From positions 3,473 through 62,532 of the forward strand of contig CAYWFF010000002.1 of assembly GCA_964458085.1 (NCBI GenBank): a stretch of 59,060 nucleotides of DNA. The letters are read 5' to 3'. The position numbers and the translations under genes are program-made. The notes under the pieces are model-generated. The model did no database searches. It worked only from the letters and a program-made list of their open reading frames with translations, and was not told the origin of the DNA. Source of the stretch: an uncultured Gammaproteobacteria bacterium. GTDB taxonomy: Bacteria > Patescibacteriota > Microgenomatia > UBA8517. Shown here piece by piece: positions 55,251-59,060 of the stretch. Position 1 is the stretch's first letter; every line of letters begins with the position of its first letter.

Positions 55251-55452
55251 AAAGCGAAATTAGGTTAACTGACTTTAACCGAATCTTTCCAGAAAAGAGC
55301 GCTGAGAGAAGAAACCCTTTTTAAATGGGTATTAGACCTCTCCGGGAAATGCCCGTTACAGCTAAATTAAGTTACTTGCATTTTTATACAAGTATAAAGT
55401 AAGGTGGCACCACGACCCGTTCGTCCTTACATAAAGGAAGAGCGGTTTTTTG
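55251..55452 (+). promoter_or_regulatory. T-box riboswitch leader (Asp-specific candidate) with terminator
   Basis: AGAGA at ~55306-55310, GAC triplet at 55335-55337, F-box-like CCGTTA at 55353-55358 and T-box AAGGTGGCACCACG at 55401-55414. Terminator stem CCGTTCGTCCTT (55417-55428) pairs with AAGGAAGAGCGG (55434-55445), then TTTTTT. aspS lies directly downstream. Confidence 0.75.
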
Positions 55453-55485
55453 TGTTTAAAATGCGATACAATATATTTATGGAAA

Positions 55486-56883
55486 ATGGATAGAACATTA
55501 GTCCTAAAAACAGTTGAAAAAGTCGAAGAATTAGTTACCCTTAAAGGCTGGGTTGATACTGTCCGAGATCATGGCAAGATAACTTTCCTTGATCTAAGGG
55601 ACAGAAGCGGGATTGTTCAATGTGTTGGAGCAAATTTACCGAAAATAACTCCTGAGAGCGTAGTTGAAGTCACGGGTAGAGTAGTAAACCGTCCCGAAAA
55701 ACTTATTAATCCAAGTATCGAAACAGGAAAAGTTGAATTGCAAATTGAAGAATTGAAAGTTATTTCCCTTGCCCGGGAACTTCCTATTCCACTGGAAACC
55801 GATGGCTATGACATTGATGAAGCGGTACGGTTGAAATACCGCTATTTGGACCTTAGGCGGAAACGCATGGCGAGAAACATCAGAATGAGGTCAAAAGCTG
55901 CCAAATTTGTCAGGAATTTTTTGTGGGACCGGGACTTTGTGGAAATTGAAACTCCAATTCTTACTAAAACTACTCCTGAGGGAGCAAGAGATTTTCTCGT
56001 ACCTTCCCGTTTGCAACCGGGAAATTTTTATGCTCTTCCCCAATCCCCTCAGCAGTATAAACAATTATTAATGGTTGCGGGTTATGAACGCTATTTCCAG
56101 CTAGCCAGGTGTTTCCGGGATGAAGACCCAAGAAAAGACCGAGCTTACGGTGAGTTTACTCAACTTGATATCGAAATGTCTTTTGTAACACAGGAAGATA
56201 TTCTTCTGTTAACAGAGGAATTATTTTCAAAACTTGTAGAGGAACTTTTTCCTGAAAAACATATTTCTCAAACTCCCTGGCCAAGAATTTCTCATAAAGA
56301 TGCGATGGCTAAATACAAAACCGATAAACCTGATCTTCGCAAAAACAAAAACGATCCCAATGAATTGGCGTTTGCTTGGACAATTGATTTTCCGCTTTTT
56401 ACGGAGCAATCAGAAGAAGATTTCTTCCATGGTTCAGGTAGTGCCAAATGGGCTCCGTCTCACCATATGTTTACATCGCCACATCCTGATGATGTACCAC
56501 TTTTGGAAACTGACCCGGGAAAAGTCCGGGGTTTGCAACACGATTTAGTTTTAAACGGATTCGAAGTCGGTGGAGGAAGCATCAGAATTCATCAAGCGGA
56601 AGTACAGCAAAAAGTATTTGACCTTATTGGTTTTTCCTCTGAACAAAAAGCCCAATTTGAACACATGCTGACTGCGTTTACATACGGAGTGCCTCCACAT
56701 GGTGGAATCGCTCCCGGACTGGATAGATTTATATTTGTTGTCTTGGGTGAACCGAGTATCAGGGAAGTAATGGCATTTCCAACCAGTGCTTCCGGACAAA
56801 CCGCAGTTTTAAACGCTCCTAGTTCTGCAACTCTCGACCAGCTGAAAGAATTACATATTAGTGTCAAGACTAACAAAAAATAG
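55486..56883 (+). CDS. aspS: Aspartyl-tRNA synthetase, bacterial-type core without the GAD insertion domain
   Basis: OB-fold N-terminus, motif 2 FRDEDPRKDRAYGEFTQLDIEMSF, HHMFTSP and motif 3 GIAPGLDR. ATG at 55486; the track ORF starts at a TTG at 55450 inside the terminator U-run. Confidence 0.9.
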   Translation: MDRTLVLKTVEKVEELVTLKGWVDTVRDHGKITFLDLRDRSGIVQCVGANLPKITPESVVEVTGRVVNRPEKLINPSIETGKVELQIEELKVISLARELPIPLETDGYDIDEAVRLKYRYLDLRRKRMARNIRMRSKAAKFVRNFLWDRDFVEIETPILTKTTPEGARDFLVPSRLQPGNFYALPQSPQQYKQLLMVAGYERYFQLARCFRDEDPRKDRAYGEFTQLDIEMSFVTQEDILLLTEELFSKLVEELFPEKHISQTPWPRISHKDAMAKYKTDKPDLRKNKNDPNELAFAWTIDFPLFTEQSEEDFFHGSGSAKWAPSHHMFTSPHPDDVPLLETDPGKVRGLQHDLVLNGFEVGGGSIRIHQAEVQQKVFDLIGFSSEQKAQFEHMLTAFTYGVPPHGGIAPGLDRFIFVVLGEPSIREVMAFPTSASGQTAVLNAPSSATLDQLKELHISVKTNKK

Positions 56884-56937
56884 TTTGATACTTAAATTAT
56901 TTACAGGGCTGTAGTATCCTAATCCGTAGTTACCCTC

Positions 56938-57930
56938 ATGGCAAAAAAGAAACCACAACTTAACCCTCTTATCTTTTCTGATTTATTTTTTCTTTCGATG
57001 TTTTCATTTGTTTCAATCGCTTCCAGCACATTGGCAATTAACAAAAAACCGGAACATACTAAGGTTACTTTCCCTAAAACTTCTGAAGTTCTTGCTGCAA
57101 CTGATACCTATAGCGACCTGCCTTCCATACCTATTTTATCCGCGCACTCGTCGTTTCCGATTTTTTCTGCCCAGTCGGTTTTAGCTGTTGATATAGATTC
57201 GGGAGTTATATTGTATGAAAAAAGTCCCGACTTGGCACTTTTGCCTGCTTCGACTACAAAAATAATTACTGCACTTGTAGCAATGGATTTTTATCCTCTG
57301 GATATGCCATTAACAGTTGGTTTATTGCAAATTGACGGTCAGAAAATGTCTCTCGTTCCGGGGGAAGTTATAACAGTTGAAAATCTTTTATACGGTTTAC
57401 TGGTTTACAGCGCAAATGATGCAGCTGAAGCTCTGGCTTTAAACTATCCTGGCGGAAGGGAAGCTTTTGTTGCTGCCATGAATCATAAAGCAAATATGCT
57501 TTCAATGTCCAATACTCACTTTGTAAATCCTACTGGTCTCGAAAACACTGGCCATGTGTCTACTGCACGTGATATGGTGCGGGCAACACAGGCTGCTTTA
57601 AAAGTACCGCTTTTTCTGAAGATGGTTTCAACTCCCACAAAAACAGTCACAAACGTAGAAGGAACTATAGTTCACCGTTTAAAAAACATCAATGAACTTT
57701 TGGGAAAAGTTGAAGGCGTTAAAGGTGTTAAAACCGGCTGGACTGAAAACGCACGGGAAAACTTAGTATCTTATGTAGACAGAAAAGGTAAAAGAATTGT
57801 TATTACACTTCTCAGCAGTCAAGATCGTTTCGGAGAGTCGGAAGAACTTATAGAATGGCTTTACAAAGAGTATCATTGGGAACCAATTGCTCCTTATTTT
57901 AATGAAATAACCAACTTAACTTCTCAATAA
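56938..57930 (+). CDS. D-alanyl-D-alanine carboxypeptidase (peptidase S11, PBP5-like)
   Basis: SxxK ASTTK, SxN YSANDAA and KTG KTGWT. N-terminal membrane anchor. Confidence 0.88.
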   Translation: MAKKKPQLNPLIFSDLFFLSMFSFVSIASSTLAINKKPEHTKVTFPKTSEVLAATDTYSDLPSIPILSAHSSFPIFSAQSVLAVDIDSGVILYEKSPDLALLPASTTKIITALVAMDFYPLDMPLTVGLLQIDGQKMSLVPGEVITVENLLYGLLVYSANDAAEALALNYPGGREAFVAAMNHKANMLSMSNTHFVNPTGLENTGHVSTARDMVRATQAALKVPLFLKMVSTPTKTVTNVEGTIVHRLKNINELLGKVEGVKGVKTGWTENARENLVSYVDRKGKRIVITLLSSQDRFGESEELIEWLYKEYHWEPIAPYFNEITNLTSQ

Positions 57931-57933
57931 AAA

Positions 57934-59004
57934 CTATTCCTGTCCGTAATATTCAGGAGTGATGGCGGGTACAATGGCTGCAAACTCGTTATCTCCCTCA
58001 AATACTGCAACCGGTTGATAAAACTGTGCGTACTGTCCGGGATCGAAGTAGCCCAGATAAACTCTTCTTATGGTAATTTGTGAGTTGGCACTATTGTTGC
58101 CTATATTGGTTATGTAAGCGTTGCCAGCAGTTAATTGATCCCACGCCTGTTGAGCTGTAATAGTAGGATAAGTTCCTAAGGTTTTTTCATCAATCGGGAA
58201 ATAATGGTATTCTCCGGCAATTATTCCGGGTATGCCTGTACTGCTTAGCAAAAACCATACATTTGCCTGATCGGGAAATTCCGCAGTAACACTCGGATAT
58301 TCACCCTCAGGACCGAATGCTTTTCTGAATAAATTAACTTTTGTGATATTAGCTTCCGAAAGCGAAACTGCAGACACTAAACTACCGCTTTCCAACTTCA
58401 GAAGCTGGGTCCTGGGCTCTCCGGTCATGTCTGCAGTTTGCTGGCCCGGCAGCCTAAGTGTCGACTGTGCAGTCTGAATTGCATTTTCCGGTGGCGGTGC
58501 TTGATTGCTGACCAGCGACGGTTCGCTTCGAAGGTCCCTGCTTATGGACCAAACTCCTGTAATAATATTTATAGTCAAATTTGAAGTTGAATTATTTTTA
58601 GTGAACACATATACGTTTGGCACGTTTTCGACGACAATTTTGCCGCTTTCTTTATTGAATCCTAAAGCTCCTGCAATGTCTTTTGCTTTATCAAGCGCGT
58701 TTAAGCTAGAAACAGGAGATGGCATAAAATAGACTGGAATTTGATTGGGGAATTCGGGTAAATTACCTGTGGGTGTCTCAAGCATAAAACTGAGTCCGGT
58801 AACAGGTGTTTTTTCCGGCATCGGAAGAAAAGGTAGTTTGCCGAAAGCAACCGTCGGCGGAGGAGGGGGAGGCGGAAACAGCCTTTGGTAAATAGAAATA
58901 CCTGTTGTCAAAGTGAGCCTGCCTACAATAATTAATACAACAGCATAAACGCTATAGCGTATGACTTTCCGGGACGTAATGGCGACTTCAGTTAAACTGG
59001 CCAT
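57934..59004 (-). CDS. Membrane-anchored hypothetical protein with poly-Pro linker
   Basis: Likely start MASLTEV at 59004, one TM segment, then a PPPPPPP run. No family recognised. Confidence 0.5.
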   Translation of the reverse strand: MASLTEVAITSRKVIRYSVYAVVLIIVGRLTLTTGISIYQRLFPPPPPPPTVAFGKLPFLPMPEKTPVTGLSFMLETPTGNLPEFPNQIPVYFMPSPVSSLNALDKAKDIAGALGFNKESGKIVVENVPNVYVFTKNNSTSNLTINIITGVWSISRDLRSEPSLVSNQAPPPENAIQTAQSTLRLPGQQTADMTGEPRTQLLKLESGSLVSAVSLSEANITKVNLFRKAFGPEGEYPSVTAEFPDQANVWFLLSSTGIPGIIAGEYHYFPIDEKTLGTYPTITAQQAWDQLTAGNAYITNIGNNSANSQITIRRVYLGYFDPGQYAQFYQPVAVFEGDNEFAAIVPAITPEYYGQE

Positions 59005-59060
59005 GCAAATATTATAACAGATTTCAAGCATATCAAAGCCACCAGCTCTCTATATTTAAT

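Noticed and set aside
1-59060. CRISPR arrays, rRNA or tRNA genes, and tandem or interspersed repeats other than the comM 3'-end triplication.
   Set aside because: No regularly spaced short direct repeats, cloverleaf-like GC-rich 70-90-nt islands or rRNA signature strings were seen in any intergenic region. All gaps longer than 100 bp were inspected: 5211-5940, 21451-21590, 29277-29412, 42588-42750, 44783-44900 and 55021-55485. Detection by eye is imperfect.

Overview
This 59-kb window is a gene-dense, low-GC bacterial chromosome segment. Its content suggests a streamlined Patescibacteria/CPR-like genome; this lineage call is inference only. Supporting traits are a type IV pilus/competence locus, many small membrane proteins, DUF5679/DUF4446/DUF3048 genes, an AspRS without the GAD insertion, an oversized RNase P RNA and an archaeal-type SAM synthetase. 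Gene order, left to right: (1) an ABC-2-type exporter operon, a NUDIX hydrolase, miaA, an AI-2E permease and rnpB; (2) a ~9.5-kb type IV pilus locus with pilB, pilC, three minus-strand minor-pilin-like genes, a pilM/pilN fusion, a pilO-like gene and a pilin; (3) a pyruvoyl-type histidine decarboxylase with an unknown partner gene; (4) a signalling block with 2 sensor kinases, 3 stand-alone receivers, a solute-binding protein and an alpha-glucan phosphorylase; (5) comM/yifB followed by ~14 kb of accessory DNA; (6) housekeeping genes: dtd, secDF, a nuclease, cca, recJ, rel, a T-box leader plus aspS, and a PBP5-like carboxypeptidase. The main finding is that the last 377 bp of comM occur three times in direct orientation, in register and without indels (28900-29276, 35306-35682, 42751-43127). 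These copies bracket two tandem cargo islands with no recognisable integrase. Island A (29277-35305) is a pyrimidine-themed uptake/salvage module. Island B (35683-42750) is an uncharacterised six-gene cassette: a stand-alone AlaRS-core paralog, an S51 peptidase and a carbamoyltransferase, converging on a radical SAM enzyme, an archaeal-type SAM synthetase and an amidohydrolase. No rRNA, tRNA, CRISPR array, transposase or integrase was recognised. All calls rest on motif recognition by eye in the supplied translations and sequence; no database search was run.
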